From Tubulanus polymorphus (taxonomy: Eukaryota > Animalia > Nemertea), in contig NC_134026.1 of assembly GCF_964204645.1 (NCBI RefSeq), positions 3,495,950 through 3,559,949 of the forward strand: a DNA stretch of 64,000 bases. The letters run 5' to 3'. Position numbers and translations under genes: made by a program. Under the pieces are notes generated by a model. It ran no database searches and was not told the DNA's origin. It saw only the letters and a list, made by a program, of their open reading frames with translations. Shown piece after piece: positions 53,877 to 64,000 of this stretch (positions are counted from its first letter, which is position 1; every line of letters begins with the position of its first letter).

Positions 53877-53945
<69 letters not shown>
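53714..53945. repeat. Compound (TA)n microsatellite with flanking inverted repeat
   Basis: atattttcatatgcatgcaaac-(TA)n-ccaggatgtaac-(TA)n-gtttgcatgcatatgaaaata-(TA)n. Confidence 0.95.
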
Positions 53946-53948
<3 letters not shown>

Positions 53949-54416
53949 ATCGCTGACAAGAATATTTTCTGTTATGTCTGTGTTAACAAATGTTTGCCCA
54001 GACGACATTGAGTGAATTGTGTGTTTAGATGAAAACTCGAAAGTATTTATTCACGCTAACTCAACGAGATCTTTTATGTTTCGAAAGCTCTCTTGTATAC
54101 CCTGCTCTTGCATACCGGGGCCAATTACTGCGATGCATAATCTATTCATAATTTAAAAAAATTCCAAGCCACTTCCATCGAAATACAATTCATAATTTTG
54201 TAAATATTTATACATCGGGAAATTTCACGAAATAAATAGAATAAACCACTTAGTCCGGGTCTATTTGGTCTGATTTGGTCGTCCAGATTAGAAATCATAT
54301 TCTATCAACATCTATTAAAGCGCACACTGTAAATAATGTCTAGAATCTGGGTTTTAATAGGTTTAGATTAAGCAGGTTTCACTGTATCATTCTGACAAAC
54401 TCATAGGCGACGTTGA

Positions 54417-57400
54417 TCACCATTCTGGACTACTGTCTCGACTATTTGTATTCGCAGTGTGAAGTTCATATTTCGTGAATGGGAGGGCTTTAAGGGCCAT
54501 GACAGAATCTAAAATGAGAAAGCGAAATATTCACAAAAATGGAAAATAGAAAGGAACATTTTCACTACTACTTCAAAGGTCTAGTAGAAGAGCGCGTAGG
54601 ACTGTACAGCACTGGTGTACCATGCGGTAACTGTACAGCACTGTAATACCAGGAGGTAACTGTACAGCACTGGAATACCAGGAGGTAACTGTACAGCACT
54701 GGTGTACCATGGGGTAACTGTACAGCACTGTAATACCAGGAGGTAACTGTACAGCACTGGAATACCAGGAGGTAACTGTACAGCACTGGTGTACCACGTG
54801 GTAACTGTACAGCACTGGTGTACCACGCGGTGACAGTACAGCACTGGAATACCAGGAGGTAACTGTACAGCACTGGTGTACCATGCGGTAACTGTACAGC
54901 ACTGGTGTACCACGCGGTGACAGTACAGCACTGGAATACCAGGAGGTAACTGTACAGCACTGGTGTACCACGCGGTAACTGTACAGCACTGTAATACCAG
55001 GAGGTAACTGTACAGCACTGGAATACCAGGAGGTAACTGTACAGCACTGGTGTACCAGGCAGTAACTGTACAGCACTGGAATACCAGGAGGTAACTGTAC
55101 AGCACTGGTGTACCACGCGGTAACTGTACAGCACTGTAATACCAGGCGGTAACTGTACAGCACTGGAATACCAGGAGGTAACTGTACAGCACTGGAATAC
55201 CAGGAGGTAACTGTAACTTACCTAGTAACCATTGTTCGGATACACTTGTAATTGATTTATGAACGACACCTACACAAACTTCAGCATTTCTCCAGTTACC
55301 AGTAACCTACAAATAAATTCATGTGAAATAAAGTATTTTGACAGTTGTATGTACATCGGAACCTCATTATAATGCACTTCAGCGGACCAGAAAATATGTT
55401 CGTTACAACAGTTTGTTATATCCAGTGTGAAATCATCAAAATTCAAATCCTAATTGGGATGAAATTCTAGAATTTCAATAACCGATAAATTGTTACATCC
55501 GAGCTCGTTAGGTTCCGTGTAATTGTATGGTTAACTGTTGAGTGTTTATTAGATTGACAGATGGCTCACCGTTCCACCGCATATTTTGACTAGATTGACG
55601 ATCACATCTCTCGGCGGGGCGCAGTTTTCCGCTATAAATATCGATCCATAATCTGAGAATATCTGCGGTCGATACGAACCTGTAGATAAACTTCTTTCAT
55701 GTCGACTAACCTGAAGATAACAAATTACAGATACATGAAACATTCATCGGCGGATAAAATGTCGCTGATTTTGTACAGTAATAGCCTATGTACCTGACAG
55801 GTGGGAAAACAATCTATTTGTTGGAATGAAGTTTCAGGTAACCATTTATCAGCTTCCAATGATTTATAAACCTGAAATGGTATTCAGAAATATGTATCGG
55901 TGATGCGCATGACCGACAGTACGAGATTTAGTGTCTACCCGAGAACCAATAATGATTTCCCCGTACAATCTGGGGTCATACTTACCCATTCGGTAGACAG
56001 CAACCAGCAGCCTCTAGCAATAGCATTCAATACATTCAACGTACGTCTTCCTTGTCCAGATACGACGTGAGTAGTGGTAGAATTAACAGACGGTACTATA
56101 GTGAATCCTCTGAGTTTCTTCACCACCGATTGAACGATATCTCTCTCGCTGAAATATCATTCAAAGTTTGGTTTAAGAGACTGGTCAGATCAGCAACGAA
56201 AATAGGGAATGAATCGGTTACAAACCTTTTGTGTAGACTCGTCATAACCAATGTCGGGAACTGAGATAATCTAGAACAACTTTTCGTCTTATTCGTCGTG
56301 AGTGATCGATTTGAAGTTGTTTTCGCCTGTTTTATCCGGCAATCGACGTTCAGATTTTCTATATTCTGTTCGTTTAGCGACTTTTTCGTTTTCTTTCGCT
56401 CGTTGTTTTTCAGTTCCAATTTTTTCCGCGCCGTTCCCTCGTTCGAATCCGAGTCGCTGAACGCGGTCGAATAGCTTTCGAAACGTTTTAAACGTCGCGC
56501 TCCGTGCGTTTTTCTACGCGCCGAAAACTCGTCGACGCTTTGACGTTTGTTAGCGCTTAATAACGTTTCCAGTACACCGGACCTATCGCCTCTATTTACG
56601 TCGCGCGATGTTAACGGAGATCTCGTTACGATCTCAGACTCCGATCTATTCGCAATGTTACGCGGCGTGGTGTCATAGTCGTGCACAACAGTTTGAACCA
56701 CAAAATCCTGGTTAGCAATCGGCAAAACGTCGCATTCGGGAACTGACCCTAAAGCAGATGACGGTCGACCGGATTTCCGACGACGTGTTTTCTCGGCGTC
56801 TGAAATCTTATCGATGCACGAGTTTTTCGATTTTTCGTCGTCGATTGAACGTTCATTTCGTGGCGCGGTAGAAATGCTACTCGTCGAAAGTCTGGTCGGC
56901 GACGAGATATTACTTATCGACAGCGCGGAAATGCTACGTCTCGAAGACCGTCGAGGAGTAGACTGAGTCGGCGCTTTAGGACTATTTATCGACGTCGTTG
57001 AAAGTTCGTCGTTCAGACTAGCAATACTAGTCCTCGAACAATTCTTACTCGACGTTAGATCGTTCATGTTTGAATTTACAACTTGTAGACTTTTTCTCAT
57101 GGATCGTCGTTTTGTTAGACTGTCACCGGGACTACGTCTCATACGAGGAGAAATCAGAGATCTCCTTCTAGTAACGCTCGCGACCGTCGGCGTATTCTCA
57201 GCAGAATTCAACTGATCTTTCGACGACGTTTCTTCAGCTACATTAAATATACCGGACGGAGTCGTAATCGAACTATTCAATCGAGTAGGGCTATTGATAG
57301 ATATCGAATTATCATCGGTATCGGAACCGATTGTGGATCTATTCCTAGAATTTGATCTCGACTTCGTTTGCGAACTTTTCCGCCTAGGCTTCTTCTGATT

Positions 57401-60347
57401 TTCAGCAGGCGAATTTAATTCAACTTCCGGGATTTGCTGCCGTTGTTGGGACTCGACGACAGCGTTGTCTACACCTTCCCCGCTCACTGTTTTTCTCTTT
57501 TTCCTGATGTTGTTTGTTTCAACCGATGGAATATTACATTCAGCAGTAGTTGAGCTATGTTTACGTTTTGATGCCATGGTTTTATTTACGTTACTTCGTC
57601 TTCGTTCTTTATCTCCCGATTGCGGTTTCGTCGACACCGGAATAATTGGATTAGTTTGAACGCGATTGCTCGACACTTTTGGACTGATCAGTTTTTCAGC
57701 CAGTTCGCAAAATGAATTTCTCAATAACTTGCGCTTTTTTCGAACGGTTTTTTCAACCATTAACGGAACCTCTTCTGTAACAGTGCTAGCGGATGAATTG
57801 TGTTGATGACTAGTTTCTGTCATGCTGTTATCTCCTACTTTACTCCGATTTCCAACGGCTTCCAACAAATCTTGAGTATTTATAACGGTATCAAACGATT
57901 TAGGAGATGGAGTGACCCTCAACGTTAAAGGATCATCCGGTGAGCTAGTTGGCGCGGAATTTAACCCATGACTATAAGTACTATTTTCTGAAGGGCTGCA
58001 TCCAAATCTAACCGGAATTACAGAACCATTAACAGCAGACGGTGAACTAATCGCCTTGCTCGCTGTTGATTCACAACTCGAATGCATCACTTGCGACATG
58101 TCCATCAACTCACTATCATATTTAGGAGGTGGGGCTTTGTTGTTCTCTGAAAATACAGACATAAACATGAACTGAAGAATACAATTCATAACGACTTCAG
58201 AAATATTTCACATGAAACTTACTGAAAAGACGAACGTGGACATCGGCAAATACTGAATCTGATACAGGTGTCTCTTCAATCATTTTGGTCGATGTCATGG
58301 CTATGAATAATGGAGAAAACGAAATGGTAGAAGTAAAACAATAACAGCTTGATATCTGCAATATACGAGCATGAATTTAAATTATTTACCTAACTCCTTT
58401 TCGCGAAGCTCAGCGAGTTTTCTCTTCATACTCGGCGGTGTCTCGGGAATACTTAAATTTGGTGAACCTGGTCCCATCAAAAACTGAAAACACACATACT
58501 CATGAAACTGTGAACCATCCAAAGCTTCAATATCAACTATAGCCAGAAGAGGTCAAGGTCTAAAGAGAGACCAGAGTCCCGAGACAAATGTGATAAGACG
58601 CGATGAAATTACACGTAGGACTAGTACAAATTTGCAAGGTCTAGCTGTACGACCAATGACATACCGCAATGACAAGAACAGACTGAATTGACTCATACAT
58701 CTAAATACTACAACACTACCATGGCTGATCTAATTCCTGTATGAAAATTCTGGTGCGATACATTTTTTGAACTCACATTGAAATCGGGTTGTGAATCCGG
58801 CACGTAGATATTTTTCCACAGCGGTTGCTCTTTTTGACGTTCTTCGATTCTCTTCTGGTAGGTTTTCTTCCATCGTTCGCTGCTGTTCGCGAGGTCTTCC
58901 TCGTAATCTTTCGGCTGCATTGATCTGTGTTTCTACATATTGATGTAATTACAGTGATTAAGCAGCGGAGACAGTCAAAGAAAACATTTTCTGTAGTTTT
59001 TAGTAGATTTACCTTTAGTTTTCTCGGTTGCGGAGTTCCACCGCCTGTTTCACTAAACAGAAAATCAGCTTCCGGAACTAATCGTCCTTTTTCTCTGCAA
59101 CTAAAAATATCATCTTAAGATAAAAAACTCTTCATTCATTTTTATTGTTAAAATTTCTCCTGGAGCCGGTTGCATAGTCATGGCTTAGACTTAAGACCAG
59201 TCTAAGACCAACTGAGTTCTATAGCCAATCTAACAACTTAAGACCAGTCTTAAGATTTAAGACCACTTTTGGACTTAAGTCACGACTGTGCAACTGGCCC
59301 CTGGATTAGAACCTTTGAAGATTTACAAAACTTGTATCAGAGAATGAATGATGCGATAAAAAGAAACAACACTCACCTATCGACCCATAATACTGATACT
59401 ACTTTGATTCCCTTTTTCTTGGCTTTTTCGACCGTTCGTTTCGTGCCTTCTTTAAATACGACATGCGTAACATCGTTGGTGAATCTCAGTCGAATTTCAG
59501 CGCCGAGTTTACGTAGAACCGCGATGACTCCTTTACCACGATTTTCATTTCCTGATCTCACTTCTACATACGCAACGACGCCTAAAAAATAAGAACATTC
59601 ACCGGTAATAACTCATTTGATTGACAGTTGAATTCTAACTGCACGGTTACTTTTAACAGGTCTTTAAAACTGGACTCGGAGAATCTCCTAGAAAGAGACT
59701 CCGCTCAAGTAAAACTGTTTGGTAACTGTGAAAATTAGTTGGTTTGGAGTGATATCCGACCCAGGTGTTACTCACTGATAGCCACAAACATCAGGGCCCT
59801 ATCTGGGGTTCTTTTGTGGGTTCATGGTAACATTTTTTCATTTGTTTTCATTCGAAATATGCGCATGCTTCCACAATAACTTGATTTGAGGCCAAATTGT
59901 AGGATAAAAGGAGCAAAATTTGCACTCCAAATACATGCTAAAAGTTGTGAAAATTTTCAAAGCGAGGACTCGAAGAATGGAATTTGATAGCTGGGAAATC
60001 CCCCCTAAAATACCAACGTTGGCTACCTAGCAACAAAGACTTGTGAAATAACGAGGCAACCTGTCATATAGGCCAGATCGGCCTTCGTTATTGGTTATTG
60101 GTTGCAAATTACGATACGAATTTAGCTAATAAGTCAAGTAAAACTACAAATTTCTTACTACATTCATAATCGGGAACAAAAAGATGATATCACAGACGTT
60201 TAACTTACCATTCAGTATCGGGCTATCCTGATTTGGATTTGACAGATCGAGTTCCGAATCCAGTGATGATATGATAGTATTGATATTATTATCGAGCTCT
60301 TGAGCGGATGACGATACTGGTGAATCCTGATAATCACAGTCTTCCAT
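54417..60347 (-). CDS. MCPH1: Microcephalin (N-terminal BRCT + C-terminal tandem BRCT)
   Basis: BRCT1 [10 protein letters not shown]...VTHVVFKEG...[15 protein letters not shown], followed by [10 protein letters not shown]; long S/T/R-rich exon 58146-56226; then [38 protein letters not shown] and SEQWLLDSV; last exon 54508-54417. Confidence 0.9.
54601..55214. repeat. 29-bp minisatellite (~21 copies) filling the last MCPH1 intron
   Basis: Unit ggtaactgtacagcact + variable 12-mer (ggaataccagga / ggtgtaccacgc / gtaataccagga). Confidence 0.95.
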
Positions 60348-60829
60348 GACTGATCATCCAATACCACACCAACACGGACTACTCTTTCTTGATTCTGAAA
60401 CAAAATAAATCCAGTGTGCAGTGAATCAAATGAATTAACAGACGTGTATTGTCCCCACTGCCACTGACCTGACTGGACCCCAGGGCCAGGCCCAGGACCA
60501 GCCGGGCAGGTAAAGCCCTGATGGTGTTCCTATTGGACTATTATTTTGGAAGAATTCCACCATCATATCACGGAGATAAAGAATTGACAGAAACAAATAA
60601 ATGCATGCGGCATTACTTCAATAAATAAATTGCATTAAAAATTGACTTGAATTGAAGAATATGTTTTTACAAGTTACAACTACATAATTTACATTCTCAC
60701 ATACAATTTCAAAACCATATTATTTTCGATTTATTTAAATCTCTTCATAATGTCGAGTGACATATTCTTACCAGTCACAACAAGGCAGCTTGAAACCTGT
60801 TTAATAGTACGTGGATGTTTTGACAAGAA

Positions 60830-61073
60830 TCAAACTTTTCAAACGCGGAAGTAAATTTCGCGCTAGCCGGTTAGTATTAAATCACAACCTACACTGTAGC
60901 CATATGAGTTTCAATCACGTTCGAATCCCAGAAACACAGAGGTGCATCTGGTGGCCGTCGATTACTTAGTTTATGGAAGTCCAAAACCGTGTTTTAGATA
61001 TTGTGTTTATTGTACTATTGAGCTCTCGATTTTCGGATTTTTCGGAGTAATATTCGTTATGGCTTCGTGAAAT
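60830..61073. promoter_or_regulatory. Probable bidirectional MCPH1/DCAF15 promoter with E2F, ETS and CHR-like motifs
   Basis: TTTCGCGC 60856-60863, CGGAAGT 60846-60852, TTTGAA on the minus strand 60838-60843. MCPH1 5'-UTR donor (minus gtaag) at ~60770; DCAF15 ATG 61074. Confidence 0.55.
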
Positions 61074-63816
61074 ATGGCCCACAGTAATCCTTTTCCAAAG
61101 AGAATCAACCAAAGCCACAATCTTCTCACCAAGTTGACGCTCAGAGAGGTATTTCCTTGATTTAATATTGCTCGAATGAGGGAACCGTGTTTTCTAGTCT
61201 GCTTTATATCCGTTTAGTTCCTGCCCTTCATCCAAAGCCTTCTAACATGTATGGTTTTCTTTTTTTAAGACTCACGGATGCCTGCAGTCTTTCAAACGAG
61301 CGCGGCCACTGCGATATTTCGATAAGATTCCTGGCCGTTTAGGATTTAAACTCTCGTCCATTGCCAGTGAATACGTTCTTCAAGATGGGTAAGATTTTAC
61401 TGAAGGCGATTTGAGATAATTATCTAACATATTTCATGTTTGAATTTTTATTTATAGACATGTATTCCTCGGATTTAGTAAATGTGGTACGTTTGTCGTG
61501 TCATATTCTCTTCACGTCGAGGCAGATGAACACACTGCTTTCCCGCTTAATATGTACAAATTGCACTGGTGGCATTTCATACCGAACAAAAGTCTAAGGG
61601 AGGTAAGATTATAAAGAGAATTGATTAAAAGAATAAGATGGTAGGCAAAATTTGATCCTGAATCCTAAATCGATTTACGTTTTATTTCAGGTCTCCTCAG
61701 TTCGTTTGTTCGGTGAACAAGAGATTCTTCACAACTTGTACATTTCCTTCTCTGAATGGCCGCGTGATAAATCGAAAGTTTTGGTGTTTGGTTACAGGTA
61801 CGTCGAGGATATACCTCTGACTGTAGCAGCCGCAAAATTCCACAACAAAATTGTCTCTCGTCTAAACGAGCCGTGTATTCTCACAACATGCCAAGCCTTT
61901 TTTATAAAAGCTACAAGAAATTAATGTCCACAAAATAACAATCAGAAATAGTCTGTAAGGCTGAAAACTTCACTGTTTGAAATCTTAGATTCTCAAATAT
62001 ACCGGTACTAAAGGAACTGTTACTTTACAAAGAATACCGGTAATAAAGAATACTACATAAAAAAATTGAAGTATACGACAAACAATATGATAAATATAGA
62101 AAATAGGCGCCACAATGTAGGTTTGAATAACAAAAATCTTATTATAGATTGAACACTGACACTGTTATTTTAATGAAGGCTGCAGTTTTCATGTTCATGA
62201 TTATTGAAAGATTTACGATAATTACAGTATTGCTGAGGATGGAGAAGATCGTCGTCAATGTTTTGTAACGATAACTGCTATGCCAACAATAGCTCCTTGC
62301 CAGGATTGTCAAAGTGGTATTACAGATATGGAATGTAAGTTAAGATAATTTGTTATTGTTAGACGAATGTAGTGTAGACCCGCACAGTTGACATAATGAA
62401 TTGTCCCTCTATTTATTTGATGTTATGCTTATTTTTGCTGGGCCCTTACAAACCCACCACCCCTTTCTTTTAACTTAAACCACATTTTGGACTACTGAGC
62501 CCTGTACGGTGTGTAGCAGACTGACTGCAGCAGCTGACCCCTTGTCCAGAGTTCATGCTTGATCGCTGATGGTCTTTACACCCATAATTCTGGGAAAGAA
62601 ACGTTGAAGTGGCGCTGATTGGGTTCGGGATATTATCTTCCACTGCTGGGATGAATGTTCAGGTGGATAAATGAGGGATCAAAATTGTAATTGATTATGA
62701 AGTCAATGAATTTGATGACGTATATTGGAGGGTTGACAGTATACCCAAATCTTTGTAATCTTAAACATCGTTTAACCCAATAATTGAGACTTGACTGAAG
62801 CAGAACGGAAAAAATGATTAATTTCTTTGTGTCGCTTACAGCTGTAGATTTGACGAATCCTCACACGAAGTGCCTCCGACACGGTTACACAGTCCATACC
62901 AGGTTCGAACTCGCTCCACCGTACCCGTTTTTTACTCCGAAAACTCACCTGAAGATAGATGGCGTTGCTGTGATGAATACAGGCGACTCGTTGATCGCGA
63001 TGAGCGTTGATCTCGACGATTCGTTCACCGATAAGACTTATCTGTTTCCGTCGGAGCTTCCGCAGCCGGAGCTCGATTCGATCTATTCGGAATCGACGCG
63101 TTGCAGCATGACGGAAACGATGATCGCGAATCTGAGCGGCGCTCTGCTCGACGCCGGCTCCGGTTTATTGTTGCGCGAGAAATCGTCGAACGCCGGCGAT
63201 CTGTTGCGGCGCGACGCTCAGGGACGGACGGTTTTAGCGAACGACGAAAACGCGCGCAACGCCAACGACGAACGCAATTCGTATTTTCATGCTCCGAGCA
63301 GTAACAACATGCCGCCTCCGAGTCACGGGTTGGAGCTGCGTTGTTTCAACAGCGACGATCAATCGAAGTCGAACAGCCGGTCGCCGGCCGACTCGTCGCA
63401 CGACGTTTATAAATTCACGGACGCCGCGTCGCCGCCGATGACGTTCGGGTTCCGCGCGCCCAGCGATAAATTCTACGACCTGCTGAAACGCGACCTGCCG
63501 TCGACGAATTTCGACTCGACGATCTGCTCGACGACGCAATCGGGCAAAGAGAACGTGAAAGAAAACGCGGCCGTTACCGAGCACAAGTCGTCTAAAGATC
63601 AACGTCTGCTCGTTTCGACGCCGCCGATGGATAGTTGTCGTTTGGGTTCGGAGATTAGTTGGTCGCCGTGCGTGATTCGTTGCGAGGAGAGTAGCACGAC
63701 TAGTTCGTGTTACAGTAGTCCGCTCATTTTACAGAACGATACGCAAAGTTTCACGTATTCAGTGAGAAAGTACATCGACAGCGATGGGCCGAGTGATGCG
63801 CCGATTGATATGGATG
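61074..63816 (+). CDS. DCAF15: DDB1- and CUL4-associated factor 15, 5' part (continues beyond window)
   Basis: Exons ~61074-61148, 61270-61388, 61458-61602, 61691-61797, 62229-62334, 62842-63816. GHVFLGFSKCG.FVVSY, YKLHWWHF, VRLFGEQEI..NLYISFSEWP.DKSKVLVFG, CQDC, CLRHGYTVHT and VAVMNTGDSLIA match DCAF15. Confidence 0.9.
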
Positions 63817-64000
63817 GTAAGCTGATTAACATCATCAGTAATAAATTCCTTTTCTACAGTAAACCTTGCCTTACTCAGACGTTGCCAATATCTGATTCCC
63901 TGGCATATTTTTCGATCCTTAATTCGGACTTCGTTGACTGGTTTTACCAGTCCCAGGTTTACTTTAATAAGCAGGGTAGACTTGGGTCGCAGACGGGAAT

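Noticed and set aside
54601-55214. CRISPR-like array (constant 17-mer with variable 12-mers)
   Set aside because: The variable parts are a few recurring variants of one sequence, not unique spacers; it is a eukaryotic intron with no cas genes.
63101-63602. Listed ORFs 63101-63304 (+) and 63234-63602 (-)
   Set aside because: Shadow frames of DCAF15 exon 6, whose true frame has no stop before the window end and so is missing from the ORF track.

Overview
Compact, AT-rich, intron-rich genomic DNA from an invertebrate animal (short GT-AG introns; species cannot be fixed from sequence alone). It is not prokaryotic and contains no CRISPR array. From about 9.4 kb onward it holds a dense run of spliced genes: HPS4 (+), RSRC2 (-), an Erbin/Densin-type LAP protein with LRRs and one PDZ (+), an LRRC14/PRAME-like LRR gene (+), an unrecognised single-TM protein gene (-), Merlin/NF2 (-), tRNA-Thr(AGT), an unrecognised disordered-protein gene (+), MCPH1 (-) and DCAF15 (+, truncated by the window end). 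Introns carry many small non-autonomous DNA transposons, one tRNA-derived SINE, minisatellites and perfect palindromes. The first ~7.9 kb is different: several partly decayed, apparently paralogous minus-strand gene units behind a TATA/CRE/CCAAT promoter, ending at a possible 5'-AGTAG terminus. This may be the end of a large mobile or viral element. Other leads are a self BRCT-ligand-like C-terminus on MCPH1, a stop-free minisatellite intron in MCPH1, a candidate neural microexon and GYxSD motif array in the LAP gene, and a B-box-bearing MITE with a 9-bp TSD. Gene names come from recalled similarity to known proteins, not database searches. Exon coordinates were read by eye and may be off by a few bases.
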